Shown: piece by piece, positions 24,342 to 38,505 of the stretch | How positions within the stretch are numbered: the stretch's first letter is position 1 | Layout: the number at the start of each line of letters is the position of its first letter | Notes under the pieces: generated by a model | Database searches by the model: none | What the model was told of the DNA's origin: nothing | The model's input: the letters and a program-made list of their open reading frames with translations, nothing else | Source of the DNA: Okamejei kenojei | Lineage: Eukaryota | Direction of reading: 5' to 3' | Length of the DNA: 64,000 nt | NCBI GenBank assembly: GCA_035221665.1 | Contig: CM069157.1 | Coordinates: 11,842,001-11,906,000, forward strand | Made by a program: the position numbers and the translations under genes

Positions 24342-26410
24342 CTGCAATAATAAAAAGATCACATATTAGTATCAAACAGGGGAGTCAATGGCTCGGGAAC
24401 AATGTAAAACTATGACAAAATTGTGCGAACTGACAAGAGGAAAAGGCTGAGAAAACAGGGGTGAAGGAGGACAGGACAGAAGGGGACAGGAGAGAAAGGT
24501 TAAGAGAGAATAAGTGGGTGATCAGTGAGTGGGGAGGCAAGGCGAGCAGAAGGAATAGACTGGAGGAGTTTGGACTCAGATAAATGTGGAGGGTTCAAAC
24601 TGTCAGGGGCTGGGGAATGTGGACCCTGAGAATTTTGTATTGGGTGGATTGTGGGGAAAGAAAACGGAAATAACAAAAAGGAGAAAAAGAGGCCAGAGGG
24701 GCGAGTGTGTGACCAGTGGTGGATGCAGAGAGCAAAGATCCAGGCAGGGTATGCAATAGAGGGAAACAATGGGCAATTTGTTGCGGCAGGACCTCTTTTG
24801 TGAGAGACTGGGCCTGTCACTTCGCCGGGAGGTGTGTATTGTGTTGTCAAAAGAGGTGGCATACGATCTGGAGTTAACAATCTAACCTATTCCTCAGATC
24901 TGGAAGACATGAACTCAGACAAATATAATCAATTCAATATGAAAAATACTCAAAAATCATATACTGGTATATTTAAATATTGTGTTCAGATACAATTCAT
25001 TTGAAGGACAATCAATGAAAGCAGTAACAACGATTATTCTCATGCATTCTTCTGTTCATACAAGATCATTGTGACATGTCATAGATGGGGCTGCTCAGAT
25101 ACAGATGTCTATGATTGGTGTACAATACTGTGCTCATAATCAAGTGCTCTCAGGTACTACAATAGTCTTGATGATTCACGCTGCTGTCATTAAATGTGAA
25201 GAGGGAAGATCAACAGAAGGTTAGCCTTATTTACACCCAGCTCTGTTTCACCTTTTCACCCTGCTCAGTCAGGGGATTCCCCTCCTGCTTAGTGACTTGT
25301 CACTGCCTTAAGAATGCAGTTGGGCTCCCCTTACTGTGCAATATGGGAATTAGGTTACACTGTAGTCAGGCGACCGAACTCTGCTTCATTCAGTTTCTAA
25401 ACACGCTTCCCATTCATCAACTCTCGGGTATCTCCAGGGAATCTGGGATGGCAACGTGCAAAGCAGTCAGCTGGAATGTCACATGAGCTGCTGGGCAGGG
25501 CTGACATTCTTGGAATTCCTTCCTTCCTCCCCCCCCCCCCCCCCCACCCCCCCATACAATCCTGTGCAGCGATAGCACGGATAATGCCCATGTAAGGACA
25601 GACTTCAGACTCAAATCATGGACTCAATCACCCAGAATGGATAACAAAATTAAGTGTACAAGGAAACATTGTTTACTATAAAACTCTCCCAGATCTAATG
25701 ACATTTATTTAAAATGGCAGGGAGAGGTGGCCAGTATTGAACAACACAGGCAGAAATGCTGAGTTTCTTGTATGCAACTGCAGCTGCACTACACCAACAT
25801 TCCGCAGCATCAGTCATTCAGATATTAACTATTTTTCTCTGTTAAAATGCTGACCAGCTGAATATTTCCAATATTTTGTTTTTTATATATAGTAACATAC
25901 TGCATACTTTTCCTTCCAAACCAAGTAGGATAATCTAATCAGGCAACATATAACAATGGGTCTTGCCAGCACTACAATGAAAGGCAGTTTTAAAACAGAA
26001 AGGACTGATAAAGTCAATGGATATGGACAATTTATAATAAGCTATCAGGAAAATTGGAGCAAAGATTAGTGTAAACATACAAGTGGCCAAAGGGGTAAAT
26101 AAATGTAACTCCAACACCTCTCCAACTCCCCTTCACTGCACTTTATTTCTGTCATCTCAATAAACTGCAAAGTCACAATGCATACTTTCTACTGCTAAAT
26201 TAACTTTAGCTACAATTGCTTTTCAGATGATTAGTTGCATGTCTGATACACTCTGAAATCTCTCAACAGTTTGGAAAACAAATGACAGAATTCTTCATAA
26301 TGTCATGATTAACCTCCTTTCACATTGACAGCATTGCATTCCTTACTAATTATGTCATTAATTCACCTTGTAAAATAACATCTTACTCCACCAAAATGGA
26401 GTTAATGAAT

Positions 26411-26603
26411 AGGAAAGAACTGCAGATGCTGGTTTAAATCGAAGGTAGACACAAAATGCTGAGTAACTCAGCGGGACAGGCAGCATCTCCAGAGAGAAGG
26501 AATGGGCGGCGTTTCAGATTGAGATATATCTCTGTACCGCATCATGCATTCCTTCTCTTCAGAGATGCTGCCTGTCCCGCTGAGTTACATTTTGTGTCTA
26601 CCT
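26411..26603. mobile_element. Fold-back Penelope-derived insertion with 14-bp TSD
   Basis: Inverted arms 26442-26504 and 26547-26604. Direct repeat tggagttaatgaat at 26397-26410 and 26604-26617. Confidence 0.85.
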
Positions 26604-26721
26604 TGGAGTTAATGAATGTCATGTTAGGTAAAGTAATTTAATACCTTTTAATTTCCCCATTCCATCTACTAGCAGCTACAGAGCAAACCTGAATTATCAA
26701 TTCCCAGAGCCTTGAATCCTA

Positions 26722-26997
<276 letters not shown>

Positions 26998-27357
26998 TCA
27001 GGTAGTGTGGTGAGAAATACACAATCCTCTATTTACTATCATTTGGAATCTGAACATGGATCTTAACAGCCCCACTATTTAACACAATCAGAGAAAATCC
27101 CCTTTTCCACTCATCACCCAACCCCACATTTTCTGCTACCTCAACTAACGATCTCTTGTCAACACTGAAGATGCTGCTTGACCTACTCAGTTTTTTCAGC
27201 CGTTTGCTTTAAATTCAGATTTTCAGCATCTCACTCCCTTTTGGATTTTAATCTGAGTTTTTGATTTGCAGTTGGGTAATAATCAACTGTAGTTGAAAAA
27301 CATTCCAGCAACACCATTCCAATGCCCAGAATACACGTAAATGCATGCATCACAATT

Positions 27358-27645
27358 TAACCATCGGGCAAGGGGTACAGAAGTTTGAAAACGCATACCG
27401 CCAGATTCAGGGACAGTTTCTTCCCAGCTACTATCAGACAACTGAACCGTCCTCTCACCAGCTAGAGAGCAACCCTGACCTCCCAGCTATCTCATTGGAG
27501 ACCTTTAAATTATCTTTAATCGGACTTTATTAAACGTTATACCCTAGATACAGTATATCTGGACACTGTGGACAGCTTGATTGTTATTATGTATTGTTTT
27601 TTTAGCTGACTGGATAGCATGCCACAAAGATTACAATAATAAACT
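27358..27645 (+). mobile_element. Rex1/Babar-type LINE 3' end
   Basis: Frame reads PSGKGYRSLKTHTARFRDSFFPATIRQLN, a typical Rex1/Babar RT C-terminus. Confidence 0.7.
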
Positions 27646-27659
27646 AAATACTTGTGCGA

Positions 27660-27930
27660 TACTGGGTAGTTTGTTCTTTCTGATGAGATGAGAACCAATC
27701 CCTGTACTTTCCAGTGAATGCAAAAGATCACATCTGAAAACAGCACCCTGGCCAACTTATCTCTCAACTAACCCTAAAAAAGATTACCATGGCAGAATCA
27801 CTTCGCTGCTTGTAGAAACTCCTTGCGTTCTTACAACAAAACAGGGACCCCATTTCAGATGCAATTCATTGGGTGCAAGTTTGAGTCAGGGCCTAATGAA
27901 AGATATTATACATAATGCACGATTTTCCTT
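27660..27930 (+). mobile_element. Ancient Deu-domain (SacSINE/AmnSINE-like) SINE remnant
   Basis: ctttctgatgagatgagaacc...tgcaaaagatcac...ccctggccaacttatctctcaac resembles the Deu-domain consensus as recalled; L2-like tail. Confidence 0.4.
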
Positions 27931-28886
27931 TTAACTATAGATGGAACAATTTGTGCGGGCACCACAGCTACACAAGAACATAACTTCTTGAATTCTAATG
28001 GGAACTGTAAGCAAACCAGTCTAGGTAGGGATAGGCAGGTAAATATCTTAAATCAAGACTGTCCATAAGATAAGATTTAATATAATGCATAACTTTTTAA
28101 GTTTAAGTATTTCTCTCTCCAGGAAGTTATCCTACCTTTCTTCAACCTGCCTGAACATACCAAACATGAGGGCAGTTTCCTGGTCATCCATTGTTCTCAC
28201 TTTGACTGGGAGAATATTGTGCTAGAATTTTGGATTTTACAGTACACCACTCTAACCATGTCCTAATGACAAGCACCAAATGATCTAGTATCGACTGTAA
28301 ATTCTTAATTTAATTTAACCGCAAAAAAGGTTTCTGAAATACAGTTGCATCAAAACTCTTATTTCTGTTTATGGTGAAAGTCTGCACAGACCCAATTTTG
28401 TGCCCACCTATCAATGACTGAAATGAATTATATTTTGTTAATGGGGTGGTAAATGACAGGAGATGGTCTTGGAATTCCAAATAAATCTATTTCTGGACAT
28501 GGAATGAAATGTGCTTCTGTCAGAATTGCATTCATATCACCCGACCTTAACTTTGAAATTATTGAGCTAGAATGAGCAGACATACAACAGGGGCTTGCAG
28601 TTATTTTAATCTAAGAAACCCCCCCCCCCCTGCCCCCAACTCTAAATAAGGGTGGGATTATTCAAGCAAGCAGTGGTATTATTCAAATAAACATTCTAAA
28701 CTAACAAGCGGTGCTGTGCAGGAATGGCTTACAGGATGACCAATGAGTTGAAAACAAGTTTGGCAAAATCAAACGGCCAAGATGGATACATTAAAAAAAG
28801 GATGAAATATAGAACAAAGGTTTAAAATTATCTGTGAAGTTTGCAACCAGGCTCCCAGCTGAAGTTAAAAGCTGTTTCAAACTTAC

Positions 28887-29096
28887 CTGCGTAAGCCCCC
28901 CAATATCTTTGACTGACATATAGAGTCGATAAAGGTCCAGCGGTTTCCTGCCAACTGCAGGGAGATTCATCATCATCGTGCCCTTCTCTTCCATAAAGGC
29001 AAAGTACCTATCAATCCACATCTTTCGCTCCGGCTCCCCACCCAACTCGTACAGTTTTGCAATTTTCTCATTAGTGGTCGTGGAAGAGCTCGTCTT
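28887..29096 (-). CDS. ARID1A: ARID1A exon 11 equivalent, N-half of the ARID/BRIGHT DNA-binding domain
   Basis: tctttacag|AAG acceptor, CAG|gtaagt donor, 210 nt; encodes [18 protein letters not shown]...[19 protein letters not shown]. Confidence 0.96.
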
Positions 29097-30121
29097 CTGT
29101 AAAGAGACAGATTCATCAGTAACTAACATTACAACAAAGCTAAAAAAAAAACCACCAGAAAATGGGTAGCTTGAAGTTCGCAGACAGTCCATACAGATCT
29201 TTCACCAAATCAGGGAGAAACAACAACCCGGCGCAGAATGGAGTCCACACTGCGTGAAAACAATCAGCAAACCAAGTCTGGTGAAAGTGAAATCTCGTGC
29301 AGAATTAAATTATGAGAGGTTTTAATAAAGTTCATAAACATCTTTGCCTATTGTTCAACATACTAGGTAAATACATGAACTACAGCTACAAGATGAGTAA
29401 AACAGAAATATATTAACCACAGCTACAAAATAATTTGTGTAAAAGAAAGGCCCACATATTGCCATTGGAATCTGAAAGGCAATCCGAGGTCAATGAGATC
29501 ATAAATATCTCAGTACATATCATTTCATTTGTGTTTCTATTTCTAAAAACCTACCAGCCCATTCTTGCTATTGTGCACATATATTAATGCTCTTCACTCC
29601 CCATTGATCAGATGATGCTATCTTTAGAAAGGGCGATTCAGGTTGAAAGAGTATGGTGGCGGTGTCTGGTGCTCCTTGAACATCTCAACATTAGCGGGAA
29701 CTCCTACTCGATAAAGCTAGATAAAATATGCCACTATAATGGCTGATGTTTGAATTGAGTCCAAGTGTTAGGAAGGAGCCAAGCAAATTTTACTCTCCTT
29801 CAGAATGCTGTACTTGATCTAGTGCCAATTGATACTGGCATCGGATGTCCTTAGTATAAAATTCTAAATCCTAATCAATAGGTATCCTTTATTTCGTAAG
29901 CTCAAATTATCTGGAATACATTAAACACAAGGTTATTGTGGCTCAGGGTCAGTCAAGTGGATTGAAGTCCTAGACAAATGACAGCTGTTTTCAGTGTTAA
30001 ACACTGAATCATTATCATCTGGTTCCCCATAACAGTAAGCACTGTATCCACCCCACAGTTTAATATTAACACCTAGTGCATTATTATAAATGTAAGGGAA
30101 CTAATACACGAGTGTTCTTAC

Positions 30122-30231
30122 CTTCGACTTGGTATCAGACTTTGCCGATCCATCTGCTTTATTGTTTGCTTTCTGTGTCGGTGGTAATTTTCCTTCCCCA
30201 AGTGCCATCATCTCAGGACTGGGAGCCATAC
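30122..30231 (-). CDS. ARID1A: ARID1A exon 10 equivalent ([36 protein letters not shown])
   Basis: cttcacacag|GTA acceptor, AAG|gtaaga donor, 110 nt. Confidence 0.92.
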
Positions 30232-32384
30232 CTGTGTGAAGAAGATGTTAAATACTGAAGTAATACAAGGTTAATTATTCAACAGACTTAATTGACTCTA
30301 CGGCTTTCACCCTTCTACCAACTAAGTTTAAAATATTTTTATCAAGGTTTCTGTCACGGTCTTCGTAGTCCATGAGTTATGAATTATGAATACAAAATAT
30401 AACTAGACCGCAAGGTTATTTTTTGCCTTTTTGCATTTAGTGATTAGAAACAATGCAATAACTGAAGGAAGTGTTTGTGGCAATTGTATGCTCAAACTCC
30501 ATGCTGAATGTTAAGCAACATTGTTGCATCCATATTAAAGAAATGCCCTTTTTATAACAACATGTTAAATTAAGGCCTTCTAAAACTATCCCATATCTGA
30601 AAGAATGAATAGGAAATTGTCCAATGATAAAACATGAAAAACAAATTAATTGACTGTTCATCCAACTTCTGTAAGTGGCATTTGGCTGGAGACAAAGCGG
30701 CATAACTTCTGATTAATTCATTTATCTGTAACCACTTTTGGTGACCCTCGGAATATAAATTGGAGTGGTAAAAGTGTCAATATTTTCATCGAAATAATAG
30801 GAAAAATATTTACACGATTTTACTTAACTTACCAAAAATTCATTTTAAAACATATTCATTGTGCTTACTGTAACATCACAGTATGCATCAAAATTGGAAT
30901 TTAAGCTCCGTTATATTTAAACAGCCACTGTTAGTCCCTAACAATGAGCTGCACTCATCTTTTCAGTCAGGATGCAATCCTGTCTCCTATCTCAACCTCA
31001 CTGCTCAAATCGATGGGTGCAACCCCAGTTCTCACAAGCTACCATACCCAGCCATGGGGGAATTGTGGGTTCCTGACAAAGCAGTGCCTAACGACAGGAA
31101 GAGAAGAGGTTCACAAAAGTTTCAAAGCACTGTGGTTCACCGTAGAGCTGTGCACTCCAGCAGGAAAGGCAGGAGTTTATACCAAATCCATGGAATAACA
31201 GCACCACTTGACACAGCTTCCTATAAATAATGTAATAATCACCTCTTTTAGTACCAATTCCAGTTCCACTCGTTCTTGGGAATGCACACTGCGTGCTAAT
31301 AGCATTTGCTAACACTTTTTGGTTATGCCTTTTAATTGACTCCCATGATGTCAACTTCTTCCCTTTTTTAAAATTTGAGTCTATTTTTCTGTTTTGTATG
31401 TTAGGACGGTTTATGTTTTTCTACATCTCTCCCCACTTATTATCACCTTTTATTTGGTACATCCTACTGAACATGGCACACAATCACATGCTGGGCTATG
31501 CCATTGTTGAAGATAGGGATGTTTTTGGAGTTTATTTGACCATCACGTTGCGCATCTAGATGCGACAGCACTGCAGTGCTCTGTTGTGAGATGGCTGAAT
31601 ACTCTGTGGAATATTGATTTCGCTTTTTGGCATGTATGTCATCCTGTGGTGGAATTTCACCACACAGGCACTTCCTTCTTATGCCTGGTGTTGCATCAGG
31701 AACGTCTCCTGTGTTTCAAAAGTGTTCCTCATTGAATCAGGATTTATCCTCTGGTCTGATCAAACAGTAAGGATTACTGATTCTAGCATACATTTCTGCC
31801 GTCAGTGATGATCCACATTGTCTCATGGATTCCCAGGTATGAACTGCCAGATTTATTCCATGTGTATTCAAGAGGACAATCATAAATCTGACAATTGGCA
31901 ATACTAGCCTCATCACTGATCAATGCAAAATCAACATTATTTGTTTTTGCATTTGTTTTATCCGAAGCCAATGAAAATGCAAATGATATTTTGCAACTTT
32001 CTTGTCTGAAACAAGTACTTTTGAAATAGTGTCATATTACAAGAATCATGGAATTGATATGCACACAATATAACATCTTTAGGTAACAATATAATAAGTC
32101 TAAACAATCTATTTTCAATTTGCTGATGGACGAATATACATTAAGACAGGATTCTGAACAGTGTGTTCAACTGAATGACACTTTTACAGTTGGCCAAGAG
32201 ACCAGCCACTGTCTCCGTTGAAAGTTTCAACTGAAGCATGCGCTACACTAAAATTATTGCTTACAAAATGTGAACAAGCTTCTCTTGAGAAATCTCCTGG
32301 CATCTACCTAGCAAGATGAGAAACATTACCATGTTGCCACTATGCTGAAGACATATATTGGAGTTATAACATCCGTGCCATTAC

Positions 32385-32530
32385 CTGCAGAACTATTTGC
32401 CATGTTTCCAGCCATGGAATATGGAGAACCTTGTGGATTCATCATCCCTGCCATGCTGTTCATGCCTTGATTGTAAGGTGAGGCAGAACCCATCATACCC
32501 CCTTGATTCATAGTTGGATAAGTAGATTGC
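32385..32530 (-). CDS. ARID1A: ARID1A exon 9 equivalent ([34 protein letters not shown]...ANSSAG)
   Basis: ctcattcag|GCA acceptor, CAG|gtaatg donor, 146 nt. Confidence 0.93.
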
Positions 32531-32959
32531 CTGAATGAGAAGAGGGCAAATTATAGAGTCATGCGACACCTCTGGCTGATACATAAAAGTGGCATATTAC
32601 AGTTTAAATATTGTTGCAAAGAACACAAATTATGACTTGTGGACTGATGAAGAAACGTTTATCTGTTTGCGGTGATGCGTGAAGGCACAATTCCAATACA
32701 GAAGCAATTGGGTGCCATTCCAGACCTGAGACATCACTGGTAGATATAGCAACGGTCAAGTGTTCAAAGACACTGCACCTCGCCAACGTCCTGCAATAAT
32801 TCAAACACTTAAAGCTAATGGTACAACTAGGACACTGCTCTTAACCAAAACAAAAGTTTAGTATCAGATCATAAGCGCACGAGGTTTCAGCGTCTTTAGC
32901 TAATTTTCCCCATTCAATCAGATTGTAACTGATATGTTTCTTAATGCCTTTTTACCATT

Positions 32960-33306
32960 GGGTGGCACAACACTGAAGCTGGAGGAGCCACACTCCCCAT
33001 CAGCGCCAGAGACTGGAATTCAACCCTGACCTCAAGAGCAGTCTGTGTGAAGTTAACATGTTCTTCTTGTGATTGCATTGGTTTGCTTCCAAGTGCTCCA
33101 GATTCCTCCAGTATTGCTAAAGCATACAGGTTGGTAGTTATTTGGCCACTGAAAATTGTCCATAGTATGTAGAGTTGTGGTAGAATCTGAGGGGAATTGA
33201 TGAGAATGTGGGCACAAAAAAGGGGTTAGTGCAATATTCATGTAAATGGGTTATCAGATACCATAGACTCATTGGGCTGAAAGGCCCATTTCCATGCTGT
33301 ATCTCT
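32960..33306 (+). mobile_element. tRNA-derived SINE (decayed)
   Basis: gggtggcac...cagcgccagagactggaattcaaccctgac head; ends gggctgaaaggcccatttccatgctgtatctct. Confidence 0.7.
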
Positions 33307-33729
33307 GACTAATGGTATAATTTAAATGACCTAATGAACAAAACTTAATCTACCAATTTAGATTTTTTTCCCCCCACCGATACTAATTGTAGAGGTGGTG
33401 ACCTTGACCTTGTAGAATTCTCCTATTCATGGGAAGTGCTGTAAAACTCAGTCTAATAGTTCCAGCTCAACTCGCCTCATTTAATTAATTAAATATTTTT
33501 AAGGGCATGCCTCCTTTTTCTGGAATACTCTACTCAATTAGTCTAGCGAACTGCTATTGACATGTGTGATGCGCTTGCGATAATCACCCAAGCATTGAAA
33601 AACAAAAGAGATCATTAACAAATTAAACTTAGTGATCTGTTGAGATTTACTTCATAAACTTAATTAGCATATTCCAAGCTATAATATTTTGAACATTTTA
33701 TTTTACTAGCTGTCTGTTTAATTAGTAAG

Positions 33730-34085
33730 TAAATTTTATTTATATAGCACGTTTAAATCAACTTGCGTTGAAACCAAAGTGCTTTACATAAAATAAATAA
33801 TAAAAATAATAAAGTTTCCGTACATCCATAGAAATTTTTTTTTAACGAAATATGGCACAACACATTATAGAATTCAACGTGAACGTCCCCCCACAACAGA
33901 ATCGAAATTTTCCACTGTGGGGAAAGGCATCAAAAAGTCCTCTTCCTCTGTGAAACACCCATGGTCGGGGCCTATTTGTGGCCTCCGCAGCCAGTCCGAT
34001 GTTTTCAGGCCCTCTTTGCCGGAAAGCTGAAACTCCAGCGTCGGGTGAACACTCCTCAGCGGCTTGGAAAATGTCTGGAGCGTTA
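33730..34085 (-). mobile_element. L2-tailed retroposon fragment
   Basis: Minus-strand tail gtaaagcactttgg...gtgctatataaataaaa; body related to 43025-43350. Confidence 0.55.
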
Positions 34086-35137
34086 TATAAATGTTAATAT
34101 ATTTGAGTCCTGTTAAGATGCTGTTCATCTTTATCCCATCTCTCCCTCTACATTGTGTAGTTTTCAGAGAGTAGTCACTAGTTCCATACAATAATTAATT
34201 TTTGAGTACCTGATATAATTGAAAGTCTCTGATTCAGAAGTTCTGGGAGAAACCTTGTTATACAGAACTAAACGTTTGTAAAATCACCACTAACACTATT
34301 TATCGATTTTATAGCAATTGTTCAAGTTCAAGTTCGTGTTTGTCACTTAACCAAAATTCTTACTTAACAAAATGTTAAAACCAAGAAAAATCATGAACGT
34401 TGGAAATTGTTACATAGATGTCTGGAACAACTATATAAAAGCAGTGTTTTTATCTGTAGTGGAAGGTAACATCAACGGCTGTTTTCCCCTTCTACCATAC
34501 CATTTCTTCGGTACCAAGGAACAGCAATATTTGGCTGGAAAACTAGTAGGTTGTATTGCTGCTTGATACACCCACAATCTCAGTGATTGGATGCTCAGCC
34601 TGCTTGAAGTTGTTTACTGGTTTGATTTAATTTCTGTGAAATCACACTAATCAATTCCCAGTTCAACTTCAGTCCCAAACCTCCTCATTACCTTCACTGC
34701 AGAAATGGGAGACTAATTAGACTTCATAGGAAAAGACAGGAAGCAAACGGGCCCTGAATTCGCAACCGTAATACCTTCCACTCCAATGCAACAGACAGGT
34801 CTACCTGGGTATCAATTTCTGAGATAGACACATTTACATGCACACCATAAGAAATCCAAATTCACGAATCTCCACTGCAGACTCACATCCCCACCCCAAC
34901 AATTTAAGCCCAATTGTTAACTTTAACCAATTAAGGTTCCATTAGTCTGCTCTTAGCCATTTTTGGAATGAACCCAGATTCAACAGCACATTTCATTATA
35001 ACATGTTAATAAAAATAAAAATGCTACATCTAAAATTCAACCTTTCCAAAATATTTATTCCCTTGAACTTCTCATTTCATGCTGTTTTCTGTTGCTTAAT
35101 TTTATTCTTCCAGCCATTTGGTCAATGATGCACTTAC

Positions 35138-35453
35138 CGATTCTGTACCGAATTTGCTGCTGCGTGCATTGCAGCAACTGCTGTGTCCTGAGCCTTGCGG
35201 TTCATAGTTGGTGGCGGGCACATCCCTGAGGTCATTTGTGCTGATAGATTTGCTGTGTTCTGGGTCATGTTGCCTCCATATGGACGATTACCCATCGCTA
35301 CAGGGCCTATTCTCCCAGGCGGCATTCCAGCATAAGGTGGTGCTGGACCCTGACCATGCATTTGGTTGCCAACAGACATGGCATTCATGGTGCCTCCTAA
35401 GTTGTAGTTTGCACTGGACATTGTGTTATAGTTGGGTTGTCTGGGATAGCCTC
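35138..35453 (-). CDS. ARID1A: ARID1A exon 8 equivalent ([17 protein letters not shown]...[11 protein letters not shown])
   Basis: taaacag|GAG acceptor, TCG|gtaagt donor, 316 nt. Confidence 0.93.
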
Positions 35454-36309
35454 CTGTTTAAAAGAATGGTAGAACAAAATAAAATAAATGCCATTGTTCA
35501 TAAGAAATAATAGAATATGTTGGAATTAATTAGGCATGAGCTATAGAGAGAGAAATTGTTTTAGCTCAATGAGCTTATATCTGTGCTTTGCTTTTACCAA
35601 TAAAACTGGAGCCAAGTCATCCAGCACATTTAATACAATCACAGATGATTCTCTAATTTAAGTTCACTTTTCTGCCTGATCCCATACTGCTTAATTTAAA
35701 AAAAAATGTTTTTTAAATGATCACACACACCATCTGAACAGACTTGAACATGTGACGTAGAATTTACAATTTAAAGCATACACTCTGCAATCTGAATTAT
35801 CCAGATTCAATTTGTCCCTTCAATACTGATTTACAGGACAAAATGTGATTCAACTGTTTGGTATTAGTGCAACAGAAACTCATGATAACTGAATTAGTAG
35901 TCAATTAATTGACTACTTTTTGGCACCTGAGCTGCAAATAACTATTGGTCTTCTTGTAAACTCAAACAAATTCTTCCACACTATATCTCTAAAGTCTCCA
36001 GAGATACTGCCTGTAGTTAAGTTACCCCAGCATTTTATGTCTGGAAATCTGTTGTCATTTCATCCCATTAATTTCTCCAATACCTTTTAAATCAATTATG
36101 ATTTTGTTAATTCTATTAAAACTGTTGTTCACCACTAATTCCAGAAGGCTGTAAGTCTTTGTTTTTATATCAAACATGCTGATATCTGAGAAAACAAGCT
36201 CATCTATTAAGCACCTTTCCATCTTGCATTCCAAAGAGAATTGCATTAATTCACAACGTTTCACAAGTTTCAACTCTACCATATTTGTCACACAAAACAT
36301 GAAGCTCAC

Positions 36310-36477
36310 CTTGAGGTGCGTACTGAGCACCTTGAGGTCCATAATTTCCAGAGTTATTCTGCTGATATGGGCTCATTGCAGCATGCATCTGGCTCCCAGA
36401 TGACTGACGTGGGGACAGTGCTGACCCTGTTTGTGGGGAGTTGTATTGAGGCAGTTGGGGAGGTCTCTGTAAATAGC
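36310..36477 (-). CDS. ARID1A: ARID1A exon 7 equivalent ([28 protein letters not shown]...[12 protein letters not shown])
   Basis: cttaacag|GCT acceptor, AAG|gtgagc donor, 168 nt. Confidence 0.93.
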
Positions 36478-36819
36478 CTGTTAAGAAGTGAAAAGGAAGA
36501 ATTATACCAAAACAGAATATAGTTGAATGCAGAGTCACATCTCACTGTGAAAGTTATGAGGTGCACCTTACCAACATTCCTAATTATTGTCAAGGCAATG
36601 GTGTCAATATTTTGAACCACTGAGGTCCACACGGATAATGGCATGGCCACTGCACTACTTGGTAGGGAGTTCCAGTGATTGGATCCATTGATAATAAAGA
36701 AATGGTGATACATTTCTAAGTCATGACGATTTACAACTTAGGGGGAGGAGCTGCAGGCAGCTACAATCCAATATTGCTTCCACTTTGCCCTAAACAGTGG
36801 AAATCATGTTTAGGTGGTT

Positions 36820-37115
36820 TTTGGTTTTTAGTTTTAGAGATGCAGTGTGGAAACAGACCCTTTGGCACACCAAGTCCATGCCAACCGGTGATCCCTTTAC
36901 ATTAGTTCTATCCTACAAACTGGGGACAATTTACAGAAGCCTATTAACCTACACGTCTTTGGAATGTCGGAGGAAATCTGAGCACTTGGAGAAAAATCTA
37001 TGCGGTCATAGGGAAAACGCACAAATCAGTATAGACAAACACCCATAGTCAGAATTGAACCCAGGTCCCTGGCACTGTAAGGCAGAATCTCTACTGCTCC
37101 TCCACTGTGCCACCC
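36820..37115 (-). mobile_element. tRNA-derived SINE, next to a CR1 fragment (37116-37400)
   Basis: Minus head gggtggcacagtggaggagcagtagag...gggacctgggttcaattctgac (A/B boxes). Neighbouring frame reads KALVGQHLEYCVPFW (CR1 ORF2). Confidence 0.8.
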
Positions 37116-38020
37116 TAAAATGCTCCATTCTAGGTAATATCCTGTGAATTTCTTTTCCGTTCTTTTTAATGGAATACGTTGTGGAATGGAATACTTTATT
37201 GTCACATGTGACAAGACACTGTGAAATGTGTTGCTTGCATATAATGCTACCACTGCTGTTCTGCAGTGTGACAACCAGAAAGGTACACAATACTCCAAAT
37301 GTTGCCCAACCAAAGCTTTGCCGAGCTGCAAAATATCCCAACTCTTGTCCCCAATGCCTCGAGCTATGAAGGCAAGCATACCAAATGCCTTCTTCACTAC
37401 GCCTGTTAAAAAAAATCCAGATAACAATATATTAACTTAAATTACCCAATGTGATGGGTTTGAACATTTCCCGCCTGTTAGCCCATATTTATAGATTATT
37501 AGTTTGACAATTAACATGCCATGCACCCATTCACACCCCACAAAGTTCTGAGTTTATTCAGAATGTGAATGAGTCTCATATCAGAAAGATTGCTAGTTCA
37601 GTGCCTGGTCAATAGTTAGTTAACTGATCTCACTAGTTTAGGCATGGACCTTTGCACTTTTGAAAGGAATAATAAATAGTTGAGAATGTAGGGAAGAAGT
37701 CAGTGGAATTAAGTTTTTGCATTACACCAAAGAACTGCCAAAGACACAATAAGATGAATAGACTCCCATATAGCAAGCATTGAGGCAACAATGATTGAAA
37801 TTCTTACAACAAGCAGGTACCAGAGAAAGACTGGTAACTAAAACTGTACCATCCCACATAAGTAAAAAAAAGAATTAGCCAGAAAAAGAAAATCCTTTCA
37901 GCCCTGACATTTGTTTGTACACAATTTTCTTGCAGCATCCAAGATGATACATGTGGCACGCTCTACAAAGTTTATTTATTATTGATTCTCACTCAGTGAA
38001 TGAATTGACTCTGAACTCAC

Positions 38021-38110
38021 CTCGGTCCTGCCCCATCGCAGATGGATTCATGGTGGGGTGAAGAATTCCATCAGATTGTCCACTTGAAGGGCGGGGTGGC
38101 ATCTGGTTAC
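38021..38110 (-). CDS. ARID1A: ARID1A exon 6 equivalent (GNQMPPRPSSGQSDGILHPTMNPSAMGQDR)
   Basis: catgctag|GTA acceptor, GAG|gtgagt donor, 90 nt, phase 1-1. Confidence 0.93.
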
Positions 38111-38193
38111 CTAGCATGTAAAGAATTTGCATTGGTTGCTAACCAAACTAATGAGGTATTGCACAACATGTGATGGTAGCAAAATTGGGATTA

Positions 38194-38505
<312 letters not shown>

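Noticed and set aside
24420-24880. 126-aa ORF in a purine-skewed region of intron 12
   Set aside because: Compositional ORF with no domain and no compatible splice sites
37045-37115. tRNA gene
   Set aside because: A/B-box head continues into a SINE body; no cloverleaf acceptor stem
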